From Eledone cirrhosa (Eukaryota), in NCBI GenBank assembly GCA_964016885.1, contig OZ024752.1, positions 33,356,001-33,420,000 of the forward strand: a stretch of 64,000 nucleotides of DNA, read 5' to 3'. The notes below the pieces were generated by a model, which was given only the letters and a program-made list of their open reading frames with translations, ran no database searches and was not told the origin of the DNA. This document shows, piece by piece, positions 12,094-23,862 of this stretch (position 1 is the stretch's first letter; the number at the start of each line of letters is the position of its first letter). A program made the translations under genes and the position numbers.

Positions 12094-12499
12094 TTAACCC
12101 TTTAGCATTTAAACCTGTTGTATCCGACCAGAATTCTCTCACATCGTTCTGTTCAAACCGGTTGTGACTGGCCAGAATTCTCTCACCTTGTTCTGTCTCA
12201 AACCAGTTGCAACCGGTCAGGATTCTCTCACCTCATTCTGTTCAAACCAGCTGTAGCCAGCTAGAATTATCTCACCTCGTTCTGTTCATACCAGCTGTAA
12301 TCAGCCAGAATTCTCTCACCGTATTCTGTTCAAACTGGCTGTAACCGGCTAATTATACTAATGTTAAGATATTGTTCTCAAAATGAATAATATCAAAATC
12401 TTATAGATTTGATATTATGTGAGATAATTATGTAAGATAAAGCATTTACCTTGAAAATATAATAGCAAATATTGAGTAATGTAAATGCTAAAGGATTAA
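12094..12499. mobile_element. TTAA-flanked MITE with internally amplified ~43-46-bp repeats
   Basis: Same TIRs as 4010; about 5 copies of CCAGAATTCTCTCACC..TTCTGTTCAAAC. Confidence 0.85.
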
Positions 12500-12849
12500 A
12501 TACAAACTAACAGGAATCAAGCTGCTTCTGTTATGGTAAACCTTTCCTCTTATATAGCTATACATTAAATTATTTACAGACATTAGTGTTGTTTCAACTG
12601 AACTGATGAACCTCACAGGATAAAGGATGATTTAAGTTAATTTTTTCACCGAGTTCATGCTATCATAAAGCCAAAGCTTCAATCTTGTTGCTAAAATATT
12701 TTATATGTGAGAGGCAACTAGTGTCAGACTTTCATCACTCAATTTAATCAGTCCCAGAACTTAACTAGTCTCTTACTACTACTAAATTCATCCATTTCTT
12801 TGTGGTGACATGATAAAATATTTCAATCTCATATGATTCAACATTAACT

Positions 12850-13100
12850 ACCTCAGTTCTTTACCGGAGCTGGATAATTCTGTATCTTCCTCAATAACTC
12901 TCTCTAATGTCTTAAGAGGTCTTCCGTGTTTGAGTTTCACATTAGTGGGCCCCCATAGTAAAAGTTTTGTAACAGGTTCATTACCCCTCATGACATGACC
13001 TGCAAGTTGAAGACACCTGATACGGATGGTATGGTTAATAGGCGGGAGCTTGTAGTAGAGAATTTTGTTTGTAACACGGTCGAGAGGTTTGTTTTTTATC
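12850..13100 (-). mobile_element. Degenerate 3' fragment of a second LINE family (RTE-like)
   Basis: ORF with IRIRCLQLAGHVMR...LLLWGP...GRPLKT, typical of a non-LTR RT C-terminus. Confidence 0.7.
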
Positions 13101-13224
13101 CTTCGTAGCATCCTGTATAGCAACCATCTAAAGCTTTGGTGAATATCACATAAGTTAAACACAATACCTTTTTTTAATTTGTGCCTTTAATTTTCTTTTT
13201 TGTCTTTTGCTACATTTCTACTAG

Positions 13225-13319
13225 TGCCAACACAAAAATTGATTCGACATTTATCATCAAGTCCATCTGTTGTAAAGAAGATGTTGCGAAAAGCTGAATT
13301 GATGGGAATTATAACACAG
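13225..13319 (+). CDS. PHF14: PHF14 exon 9 (PTQKLIRHLSSSPSVVKKMLRKAELMGIITQ)
   Basis: ctag/gtcagt borders; RKAELMGI motif. Confidence 0.94.
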
Positions 13320-13372
13320 GTCAGTCAAATCTCATTCTCATTAAATTATGAACATATATATATATATATATA

Positions 13373-13770
13373 TATAATATAAAACGAAAAATCAGTGATG
13401 CATCTGAACTCAATTTATTGTGTGTTACATGTGTGCAGCATATTCTCTCACTGGGGTATCTGACCCTCTGGGTCAGTACCGTCAAAAACCTTTGACGGTA
13501 CTGACCCAGAGGGTCAGATACCCCAGTGAGAGAATATGCTCCGAAATCATTAGACGTGTCCATCGAACCTGCGGGTCCCGAATCAGACAGATCCACACAA
13601 TGATCGCGTCTCGAGCTGTCCACCGGCGAAACAATTGTAACACACAATAAATTGAGTTCAGATGCATCACTGATTTTTCGTTTTATATTATATCATACTC
13701 TGCTCTGTAAGAGCATAGAGTGCTCAACCAGGATACTGCCTATGGAAGCATCTTAGCTACCATCAGACAC
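13373..13770 (+). mobile_element. Nested fold-back element with one-sided tail in (TA)n
   Basis: Outer ~57-bp perfect inverted repeat (13373/13692), inner ~49-bp perfect inverted repeat (13438-13539), tail ATACTCTGCTCTGTAAGAGCATAGAGTGCTC. Confidence 0.85.
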
Positions 13771-13787
13771 ACACACATTTATATATA

Positions 13788-13819
<32 letters not shown>

Positions 13820-14107
13820 CATACAGTACTCACTGTAAATGTGGTTGGCGTTAGGAAGGGCATCCAGCTGTAGAAACAAAGCCAAAATCAGTTTTGTATG
13901 AGTAAGACATGGTCACCTGATCCGGTATTTCACACAACAGGGCAGCTCGTCCGACACATGCTAGTGTGGGAAAATGGACGTTAAATGGTGGTGATGATAT
14001 ATATATATATGTATATATATATATAATGCTGATGCTGTACATTTTAGTTTCTTTGTTACTTTTATTCTTCAATACATCAAACTATTTGTTTTGTTTTTTG
14101 TATCCAG

Positions 14108-14198
14108 GTCCAAAGTGTATCTCAAGATAAACAAGAATCTCGGAAAAAATGGCATTTGTCTCCAGCAATGTCCTTAGAATATATAAGCTATTATCTTG
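14108..14198 (+). CDS. PHF14: PHF14 exon 10 (VQSVSQDKQESRKKWHLSPAMSLEYISYYL-D)
   Basis: ccag/gtatgt borders; aligns with recalled RRKHKQPALTADFVNYYFE. Confidence 0.9.
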
Positions 14199-14265
14199 GT
14201 ATGTTTGCAAAGTTTTCATTCCAAAGATGATTATATTTTATTCTTTATTTCTTCATATCTGTTGT

Positions 14266-14478
14266 TTAACTCTTTAGCATTTAAACGGGTCGTATCTGGC
14301 CAGAATTCTCTCACCTCTTTCTGTTCAAACTGGCCATAACCAGCCTCTGATACTGACATTAAGGCGTTGTTCTCAAAATAAATAATATTAATATTATGTG
14401 AAATAATTATGTAAGATAAAGTGTTTACCATGAAAATACGATAGTATATATAGAGTAATGTAAATGCTAAAGGGTTAA
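14266..14478. mobile_element. TTAA-flanked MITE
   Basis: Same TIR family as 4010. Confidence 0.82.
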
Positions 14479-15748
14479 CACTAGCACCTGTCCCCTTTGA
14501 TGCTATTAGTATAACTCCACTTGGTTACAAACCTTTAGATCAGGTTTCCCATGCAAGGATAACTCAGTGTCTTGGTGTCTGGCTTCTTATAGCAGCAGCC
14601 TTATTCTCCTCTGACTTAGCATTAAAAACCATTATAAGAATTTTATGTATTTCTTCTTGTGAAATATTAAATTTCCACAAAAGAGGCTGGAGACACAACA
14701 ATCGGAAGATGATAGCTATAGTGATGGTTGTTATAGCAAGACACATTATTTCACGTTACTCCAGTTCACTCAGCTGTAGAAATGTGTTTCAATGTCACAG
14801 GTGCCATCAGTCATTGCCTCTCCCTTGGACAACATTGGTGGCGTGGAGAGAGAGACTGGTATGGGCGACTGCTGGTCTTCCACAAATAACCTTGCCCGGA
14901 CTTGTGCCTCAAAGGGGAACTTTCTAGGTGCAAATCTCATGGTAATTCGTGACCAAAGGGGGTCTTTACTCTAGCGGTGAGGGCAATGTAATTTTACTAA
15001 AAGACCAAACACACTTATGTTTTGGTGCCTACACGTCCACTTTACCCAGCTCTCACTGTAAAGTGGACGTGTAGGCACCACGGAAAAAAAGCACCCACCA
15101 CTCACTGTAAATGAGGTTGGTGTTAGGAAGGGCATCCAGCTGTAGAAATCAAGCCAGAATCAGTTCCTATATGAGCAAGGCATGGTCAACCGACCAGCTA
15201 CTGTCCACAACAGGCCAACCCATCTAACCCATGCTAGCGTGGAAGAACGGACGTAAAACGGGGATGATGATGTCAAGAGGACCTTTGCAGATGCCACAAT
15301 AAAATACATCCAGTACAGTGGTTGGTGTCAGGAAAGGCATTTCTCATTATCATCATCCTCATTTTAATGTCTGCTTTCCCTGCTAGCAAGGGTTGGGCAG
15401 GTCTATATAGACCTATACAGTGTTGAAGCAGGGCTACTGATCTCCCAACACCAGGCTGACTTACTCAGACTATAACAACCCATCCAACCCATGCCAACAT
15501 GGAAAATAGATATGAAATGGTGTGTATGACACAATAATGGTTTCTGATTTAGGTACAAGGCCAACAATTTTTGGGAGAGGGAAAAGATATTAATCGACTC
15601 CAATGGATTACTGGTATTTTATTTAATCAACCCTGTAAGGATGAAAGGCAAAACTAACCTTTGAAATCAGAACGTAAAGGGCTGTAACTGTATGTTGTCT
15701 AACATTCTACTGACAAAAATAACATTAAATGTTTTATCCTTCTTACAG

Positions 15749-15855
15749 ATAGAAATGCTCGTATAGATACAATGAGAATTAACATGAAGGAATTGTCAAC
15801 TCAGAACTGTAAGCTTCAAGAACAACAGAAAATATTAAGAGTACAATATGATCAG
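15749..15855 (+). CDS. PHF14: PHF14 exon 11 (RNARIDTMRINMKELSTQNCKLQEQQKILRVQYDQ), coiled coil
   Basis: ttacag/gtaagt borders; phase continuity. Confidence 0.9.
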
Positions 15856-16103
15856 GTAAGTAGAGACTTTGAATGGTTAAGAGGACTGGGGAACATCAGG
15901 AGATTTGGATATAGAAGTTTCTAAATAAAATCATTGAAACATTAATAGATTGAAGCTTATTGTTATTGTTTAGCCATAAGTCAGGCCTGATTAAACAGAT
16001 CTATGGCATAGAAATACTTGCTTGAGGCGGGTTTTCTTCTCTGAAGACCTTCTGTTCTCCAGCTCTCCTGAGAGTTACTTACCACCTATATATATATATT
16101 TAT

Positions 16104-16545
16104 ATCATCATCATCATCATACGTCCGCTTTTCCCTGCTTGCAAGGATGGGACGGGTCTTATTCAGCACAGCATCTCTCCACTTGTCACGGCCCTTCGTC
16201 ATCTCCACCGTGAGCTTCAGTGATCTGAGGTCTGTTCTCACCGCCTCCGCCCATGTTTTTCGTGGTCTACCTCTCCCACGTCTTCCTTCAACTGGCATTT
16301 CCTGGCACTTCTTCACCCATCGGTCATCCTCCATGCGCATCACATGTCCATACCACCTCAGTCTCCTCTCCCGTACACTACATTCTATCTCTCTCAACAC
16401 ATTTATGCTGGGTCGTTCATGCACATTGACATTGCACATCCAACGGAGCATGCTTGCCTCATTTCTCTCCAGCCGTTGCATATCCTCTGCAGTTGTTGCC
16501 CATGTCTCACTACCATGCAGCATCGCGCTCCTCACACAGGCATCA
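16104..16545 (-). mobile_element. Short 3' fragment of the same RTE LINE as 8555-10021
   Basis: Near-identical sequence and (GAT)n tail. Confidence 0.9.
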
Positions 16546-16557
16546 TATATATATATA

Positions 16558-16714
16558 TGAGTTCTGGGTTCAATTGGGTAACCACAGTAAGTGAAGCACT
16601 CAACACATAGTAGAGTATATATAAAATTTAATATAGAAATGGCTTCTACAGTACTAGGACTGCTTTCTTTCGAATGAAACAGTTCTAGTCTTGTAGAAAC
16701 CATTTCTATATTAA
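16558..16714 (-). mobile_element. Short fold-back element with one-sided tail in (TA)n
   Basis: Imperfect inverted repeat 16628-16714 (TTAATATAGAAATGG...CCATTTCTATATTAA); tail reverse complement ATACTCTACTATGTGTTGAGTGCT. Confidence 0.7.
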
Positions 16715-17060
16715 GGCACATGGGTTAGTGGATAGAGCATTGGCCTTGCAATCGAAAGGTTGTGAGTTCAATTCTCAGACCGGGTGATGTGTTGTTTCCT
16801 TGAGCAAGACACTTTATTTCACATTGCTCCAGTTTACTCAGCTGTAGAAATGAGATGATAGGGACTGGGGTCTGGTCCCTATCATTCCACTGCAAAGTGG
16901 TCGTGGAGGTGCCACGGCAAAAAAGCACCCAGCACTCACTGTAAATGAGGTTGGTGTTAGGAAGGGCATCCAGCTGTAGAAATCAAGCCAGAATCAGTTC
17001 CCGTCCCACCCTTGCAAGCAGGGAAAAAGTGGACGTAAAATGAAATGATGATGATGATGA
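16715..17060 (+). mobile_element. SINE family A copy
   Basis: Same head, body and tail as 2426-2746. Confidence 0.85.
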
Positions 17061-17495
17061 TATATAAATATGGGCTGAAAACACTTTCTTGTGGAGTTTC
17101 TTCTCTGAAGACTTTCTGTTATTCAGCTCTCCCAAGAGTTTCTTACCACTAGAGTCAATAGGTTAACTAGATGTAATCCACAAATATATTTCTGAAGTTA
17201 AACCATGTTTTCTACTTGTGTAACACTATATTGTGGAGCATGAAAAAAAAAAAGCAACACGTCCACATATGATAAACCACTGGATGTTAGAGTATATATA
17301 TATATATTTAGGTTTGTTGGTTCACCACTGGTTAGAACTGGTCATTCCGTATGCTCAACCTCGATGTAATATTATGGAGAGCACTCGACGTAATGCAACT
17401 CATCCGTCTTCGTTTGTGTTGGTGGTGCGAGTACGGAGTTAATTATTATAAAATAACAGGAGGCTGGACTGGTGTAATTCCTTAAAAGGTTTATT

Positions 17496-17553
17496 ATACT
17501 ATGATCATTTCAATGACTGGGTTTGGTATGAATCCGGTGACATCATCAGGTAT
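17496..17553 (-). ncRNA. Putative type I hammerhead ribozyme (left-arm copy)
   Basis: Reverse-complement copy of 17721-17778 with intact CTGATGA and GAAATGATCATA. Confidence 0.5.
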
Positions 17554-17720
17554 TCTAAATATAACAAAGGAATATAATAGACAAAATCCATGGTGCTGAA
17601 AATCAGAGACATGAGGGCGGCTGACTATTTAGCAGCTACCAACCCGGTCAACCGCCCTCAAGTGTCTCTGATTTTCAGCACCATGGATTTTGTCTATTAT
17701 ATTCCTTTGTTATATTTAGA

Positions 17721-17778
17721 ATACCTGATGATGTCACCGGATTCATACTGAACCCGGTCATTGAAATGATCATAGTAT
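17721..17778 (+). ncRNA. Putative type I hammerhead ribozyme
   Basis: ATAC-CTGATGA-[stem II ACCGG/CCGGT, TTCA/TGAA]-GAA-ATGATCAT-A-GTAT; palindromic stem III; base of stem II imperfect. Confidence 0.55.
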
Positions 17779-17844
17779 AATAAACCTTTTAAGGAATTAC
17801 ACCAGTCCAGCCTCCTGTTATTTTATAATATATATATATATATA

Positions 17845-18101
17845 TTAAGTGTTTCCGAAGGAAAGGAGAGTGGTCTATGTAGGCTACAGAGCTATTTAGT
17901 TATGTAATTAACAACATAAGACAATTATTCCATTTACCAAAGGTTTCACGAAGACAGATGAGCTCGACACAGACGTCTGAAATCGTTCATCAGAAATTCA
18001 GTTTCTGATGAACGATTTCAGATGTCTCTGTCAAGCTCGTGTGTCTTCGTGAAACGTTTGGTAAATGGATTAATTGTCTTATGTTGTTTATTACATAACT
18101 A
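17845..18101. mobile_element. ~205-bp fold-back element with hammerhead cores on both arms plus tail
   Basis: Inverted arms 17897-18101; plus arm CTGATGA-ACGA...TCGT-GAAAC-GTTTG-GTA (18005-18063); tail 17845-17896 related to 50314-50380. Confidence 0.8.
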
Positions 18102-18214
18102 TATATATATATATATATAACTTTGATAGGTTTTGGCCAGTATTGGCCCAGGCCATGTCTAACTTAATAGCACCAATATATATAATATTTATGGTTTGTG
18201 GATGGGAGAGGCTA

Positions 18215-19088
18215 TTTATTGCTAGTGTTTATATTTGAACTCTTTCAGTGAATAATTTTATTGCTAGTGTCTATATTTGAACTCTTTCAGTGAATAATTT
18301 TATTGCTAGTGTCTATACTTGAACTCTTTCAGTGAATAATTTTATTGCTAGTGTCTATATTTGAACTCTTTCAGTGAATAATTTTATTGCTAGTGTTTAT
18401 ATTTGAACTCTTTCAGTGAATAATTTTATTGCTAGTGTCTATATTTGAACTCTTTCAGTGAATAATTTTATTGCTAGTGTTTATATTTGAACTCTTTCAG
18501 TGAATAATTTTATTGCTAGTGTCTATATTTGAACTCTTTCAGTGAATAATTTTATTGCTAGTGTCTATATTTGAACTCTTTCAGTGAATAATTTTATTGC
18601 TAGTGTTTATATTTGAACTCTTTCAGTGAATAATTTTATTGCTAGTGTCTATATTTGAACTCTTTCAGTGAATAATTTTATTGCTAGTGTCTATATTTGA
18701 ACTCTTTCAGTGAATAATTTTATTGCTAGTGTCTATACTTGAACTCTTTCAGTGAATAATTTTATTGCTAGTGTTTATATTTGAACTCTTTCAGTGAATA
18801 ATTTTATTGCTAGTGTCTATACTTGAACTCTTTCAGTGAATAATTTTATTGCTAGTGTCTATATTTGAACTCTTTCAGTGAATAATTTTATTGCTAGTGT
18901 CTATACTTGAACTCTTTCAGTGAATAATTTTATTGCTAGTGTTTATATTTGAACTCTTTCAGTGAATAATTTTATTGCTAGTGTCTATATTTGAACTCTT
19001 TCAGTGAATAATTTTATTGCTAGTGTTTATATTTGAACTCTTTCAGTGAATAATTTTATTGCTAGTGTTTATATTTGAACTCTTTCAG
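18215..19088 (+). repeat. 42-bp minisatellite ending at the exon 12 acceptor, 21 copies
   Basis: Unit TGAATAATTTTATTGCTAGTGTCTATATTTGAACTCTTTCAG; terminal AGs from 18248 to 19088 at 42-bp spacing. Confidence 0.96.
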
Positions 19089-19184
19089 TTACTGAATGAA
19101 ATGAATCGGTTGAAAGATTCCACCCACAAACTTCAACAAAATGGAGAAGAAACCTGGAGTATTCTAACTGACCTTTCAGGACAG
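19089..19184 (+). CDS. PHF14: PHF14 exon 12 (LLNEMNRLKDSTHKLQQNGEETWSILTDLSGQ)
   Basis: tttcag/gtaaat borders; aligns with recalled LCESLEELQNLNGKLRSEGQGIWALLGRITGQ. Confidence 0.9.
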
Positions 19185-19712
19185 GTAAATAAAAACAAAC
19201 TAACATAAAATGGAATGTTAACAACAGCATCTTTAAATGTATATTTTACCTCTAATTTTGAAAACTGTCAAATTTAATTGCTTCCATTTGAATATCATTG
19301 TCATTTTAATGTCCACTTTCCCTGCTAGGTTTGGAGATGTCAACATAGACCAATCAATACTAAAGCAGAGCCACTGATCTCCCAGACAGGCCAGGGATCT
19401 GTGTGTCGCTTATGTACGGTCTCATAATATGATAGCAATAATTAAATATAGTCATTGCATCTATCATGTTGAAATCAGATTTTCGTATCAGTCTGCCATA
19501 GTAAATAAATATTGAGTTATTCTACAGCCCTGAGATAAAATTCAATCTTGAGTCTATGTTGTCACCTAACTATCTTTTTATATATGGAGGCAGGTACTGT
19601 ATTTTTCAGTGAGCTATATTTTTAAATCTAGAATAATCTGCCTTGTATGAAGAATAATGAAATTACTTGCAGCAAGTATAACCTCTGAAGTGTTGTTCTA
19701 ATTATTTCAACA

Positions 19713-19941
19713 TTAACCCTTTAGCATTTAAACCAGCCATATGAGGCTAGAATTCTCTCACCTCTTTCCATTCGAACTGGCCACAACTGGCCGCTTATAC
19801 TGATGTTAAGGTATTGTTCTCAAAATAAATAATATCAAAATCTCATAGATTCGATATTATGTGAAATAATTATGTAAGGTAAAGCCTTTACCACAAAAAT
19901 ACAATAGTATATATAGAGTAATGTAAATGCTAAAGGGTTAA
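19713..19941. mobile_element. TTAA-flanked MITE
   Basis: Perfect TTAACCCTTTAGCATTTA TIR pair. Confidence 0.85.
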
Positions 19942-20083
19942 AACAAAACATATCTTCACTTATGATTCAGTAAGTCCATCCATAACCTTTTTTTATTTCA
20001 AGTGTTTAAGAGATGGCTTTAAGTGTTGTCTTTTGTTGTCTTGTCTTGCTATTTTATTCTAAATCTTTGGTATTAATTCATAG

Positions 20084-20184
20084 GAAATTAACACTCCAGA
20101 GATGTTCCGTGTCCGTAAATCTCCTCGTTCTCCAACAAAACGTGACCCTCAACCTAAATCACCCTCAGCACCAACCATCCAACA
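20084..20184 (+). CDS. PHF14: PHF14 exon 13 (EINTPEMFRVRKSPRSPTKRDPQPKSPSAPTIQ-H)
   Basis: catag/gtaagt borders; phase 0 in and phase 2 out fit exons 12 and 14. Confidence 0.85.
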
Positions 20185-21657
20185 GTAAGTTCTGCTACTT
20201 CACTTTTCCATTCACTTCTTCCCTTCAGTTTAGTTGTGCTTATCCTATATTTGCATTTTTCCTTTTTTTGAAAGATTTCCTCTCACCTCCCTGTTCTTTA
20301 TTTTTAACTTTCTATCTCATTTATATCTTTCTTCTCTTTAAGACTGTTGTTCTTTCATTGCTATTTACTAAATAGCTGTTTGTTATGAGATTTCCTAAAA
20401 TTCCCTCTAATTTTGAGAATTCTATGAGCCTCAATGAGCAATAGGAATTGAGTGTTGTTTGCACAGAGAAAAGAGAAAAAAAAACTAGGTTATATGAATG
20501 TATAAGACTGTCAAATGTTATGGGTAATTGAAACAACAACAATCATCATCATCATCATCATCGTTTAATATCCATTTTCCATGCTAGCATGGGTTCGACA
20601 AATTGGTTATTCCGTTGTGAGACAAGTCGGATCAGAGGACCGTGTCTTACTTATACAGAACTTTCTGGTTTGGTTTCTATGGCTTGATGCCATTCCTAAC
20701 ACCAACCACATTTACAGAGTAAGAAAGTTGAGTTTGAAGCCCAGCAAAGGAATCAGCTAGTAAAAAATGGTAGAGAAGTACATAAGATATTTAAGATATT
20801 ACTTGTATAAAATAAAGTTGATTATATTGAACAGTATAGGAATTTCGTTAGTAAGTCATTTATTACACTTGGGAGCGGGGGGATCCCAAAATATGCTTTT
20901 ATGTTCTATACCTGTTGCAGTTCTTTGGCACACAATACTCTTATTATCAACAGAGACTTCTTTATCCAAAAAAATATTACAACAATTTCAATAAACTTGG
21001 AAGGTGGAGGGTCTTTTTTATTTTTATACATATTGTATATAGAATACCAAAGTCTGAGGATTTTAATAAAGTAAAATTGTTTCACTTTTGGGTATTTGTT
21101 TCATAAATCTAAAGCAGATTTTTGTCAATATTTGGTCACAATAGTCAACATCTTTAAGTGATAATTTTTTAAAATTTTTATATCAGGTTTAGAGTAACAG
21201 ATTCCATAAGTTATTGCCAAATTGTTAATAAAATTTTAAGAACTTTAAATCAAAAATATATTTCATTTTAACACTTTCTGTTCATACCATTATTTCAATA
21301 CTTATATTGGAGGTAGGATTTTGTGATAGAAAAAAAAACATTGGAATTTCTTCTTTTTTTTTTTAATCCTTTATTGATTAACCTTTATTAATTAACCTTC
21401 TAGAATTGCATGATTTTTGTGTTTTGTGTTAATTATAGAAAAACAAAAATGTTTTTTATTGGTGTGTTTTTTTTCTTAGATATTTTTTAGTGAATAATTT
21501 ATATAACACTGCTGTAATTAATTTATTTGTGAATGAATGCACATGACCAACTAAATGTTGAGTGACACTTGAAAGTAAATATATATACACATGTATGTAT
21601 ATATATATATATATACACACACATATATATATACAGGAAGGTAAAAACCTGGCCACG

Positions 21658-21704
21658 ACACCTACTGGTTTCGGCTTGTATTCTGAAAGCCTTTTCAAGA
21701 GTGT
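21658..21704 (-). ncRNA. Putative minimal type I hammerhead ribozyme with U3-A8 core variant
   Basis: Minus strand ACACTC-TTGAAAA-GGCTT-tcagaatac-AAGCC-GAA-AC-CA-GT-A-GGTGT, inside a ~215-bp insert in (TA)n. Confidence 0.6.
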
Positions 21705-21862
21705 ACAGCCTTGCTGAATTGCCAAATATATGCTGAAATTGCAAGGCGTTACGGTTGGTTTTTTTATCTTCCTCTAGACCCACTCTGCTTCTTCCCCTGC
21801 ATAGAATACTGCCTTGATTTGTAGTCTCCCCAGTCTTGGCATTGAAGACTTTATACATACAT

Positions 21863-21890
<28 letters not shown>

Positions 21891-21893
<3 letters not shown>

Positions 21894-21972
21894 AAGGTGT
21901 CCAAAAAGTCACTAGACAATTTTATATGTATATTTATATAAAATTGTCTGATGACTTTTGGGACACCCTGTA
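21891..21972. mobile_element. Tc1/mariner-type mini-MITE (palindromic, TA-flanked)
   Basis: TA-CAAGGTGTCCAAAAAGTCA ... TGACTTTTGGGACACCCTG-TA. Confidence 0.7.
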
Positions 21973-22547
21973 TAATATACATGCAGAGAGTGGCAGAGAG
22001 CAAAACTCAAACAAAACTATTTGGTTAGAGAATGTTATAGAGCAGAGAGAGAGAGAGAGAGAGGAGTTCTTTTGTCATAATAGTAAGGATATGTCAGTTC
22101 CCGTCCCAGCCTTGCAAGCAGGGAAAAAGCGGACGTAAAATGAAATGAAATGATGAATGAATGTACTGATATCACAGCCATACATTACTAAACAGAAACA
22201 GTACACTCTGTTATATATTTTTATATAAACAGTAAACCCTATTTACTTCCTTTATCTACCATTATCAATTGCTCTTTATTTATTCTTCCTAGTAATAATT
22301 AGACATAACTTGTTAAACATCAGAATTTTACTGAAATCTCCAATCAGATAGAAACTTTTAATGAGTTCTATATCGATTTTAAAAAATCAATAAAATTTAA
22401 CAAATAGATGTAAAGATTTTTTTTTTTCTCTCCAGTCCAGAATTTTTAATTTTTTAGTTATTGTTGGATAAAATAGTTTCACACTGGCAACTTATGTCTA
22501 TTTCTTCCTGTAATATTATCTGTCAGGCGGGCTGCTATTGACATGTT

Positions 22548-22921
22548 TCATCATCATCATCATCATCATCGTTTAACGTCCATCTTCCATGCTAGCATGG
22601 GTTGGACGGTTTTGCCCCACTTGAGGCAAGATTGGTCGGGTGACCGTGTCTCGCTCATACAGAACTGTCTCTAGCAGCTTTTCCATGGCTGGATGCCCTT
22701 TCTAACACCAACAACATTTACAGTGTGAACTGGGAGCCTTTTTACCGTGTCTCCTACACGACCACTTTACAGTGTGGACTGGATGCTTTTTGTCATGTCA
22801 CTTACATGACCACTTTACAGTGTGGACTGGGAGCCTTTTTACTGTCTCTCCTACACGACCACTTTACAGTGTGGATTGGGTGCTTTTTGTCGTGTCACCT
22901 ACACGACCACTTTACAGTGGA
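22548..22921 (-). mobile_element. SINE-A-related 3' fragment with ~4 tandem 48-bp units
   Basis: (CAT)n tail, CCATGCTAGCATGGGTTGGAC and repeated CACTTTACAGTGTGGACTGG. Confidence 0.75.
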
Positions 22922-23472
22922 CGGAAATGGGAGAATGCAGTGGGGTGGTGGTATATATTGAGTTAAGAGGTGCCTACTGACTGTAGGTTTAAGTTTGTAT
23001 GCAAGGGAAAGTGGGTCTTCTGTATAACTGCATAGCACCAAAGATCTCGATCCAGTGACGTTTTAGAGTTTCTTTAGTATAATTTAGTGTTGTTAATTCT
23101 TTTAATTTTTTTTTCTATATATATATATTGCTTGATAATGTATCCTGATAATGACCATAGCAAATTCAACATCAGACTTTTTGTTTTTAATTCTTTAACT
23201 GCTCTGGTTTATTTCTGGCTGTTTTGCTTCTATTACTTACTACATGGCTTCATTATCTTCATTGTGTGTTCATTTCTAATGACTATTTTAGATCAGATCT
23301 TCTTTATTTTAAAAAAATCATTTCTAAATTTTGCTTTTAGGTCTTAATTTTTTTTTTCTTTCCTCATTCAAGAATATTAAAGAATCAATGTAAGTGGCCA
23401 TCGCTAACGTGTCAAATTAACTTTAGGATTTTCTTACTATTTATTTATTAGATATAACTTGTTAATTGGCAG

Positions 23473-23604
23473 TTGTGGAATCTGTAAAAAATCAACAAAC
23501 CAGCATCTGTTGGCCAAATGTGATTCATGTAGCAAACACTACCATCTTGGCTGTCTTGATCCACCACTCTCACGTATGCCCAAGAAAACCAAGCTACAAG
23601 GCTG
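23473..23604 (+). CDS. PHF14: PHF14 exon 14 (CGICKKSTNQHLLAKCDSCSKHYHLGCLDPPLSRMPKKTKLQG-W), PHD3
   Basis: ggcag/gtaagt borders; C4HC3 PHD pattern with YHLGCLDPPL. Confidence 0.96.
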
Positions 23605-23862
23605 GTAAGTAGTAACCGGCAACTACATTACTAAAACCAATTTTATCTAGAAAACAACCAAAATAGACATGTCAAGATTTCATCCTTTCCACTCTTCACT
23701 ATACTACAAAGCTGCTAAATAAATAAACTATGTTTTGTATGGTTTAAGCATTAAACTGGATAAAAGTTTTTATGGATATTATATTTTTCTTTTGCAGTGA
23801 CTAGATCTTTAAGGCAAATTTAATTTTATATGTTCCATCTTAGAGGAAAATGAATTTAAAAT

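Larger units (their letters stand above)
17444..17830. mobile_element. ~390-bp fold-back element with a hammerhead-like motif on each arm (Penelope-like inverted pLTR)
   Basis: ~180-bp near-perfect inverted arms, adjacent (TA)n, extra tail at ~17308-17443. Confidence 0.8.

Noticed and set aside
12603-12630. CTGATGA-ACCT-CAC-AGG hammerhead-like start
   Set aside because: No GAAA follows stem II, and no stem I or III can be formed.
21948-21954. CTGATGA inside the small palindrome
   Set aside because: It is part of a Tc1/mariner-type TIR and has no GAAA partner.
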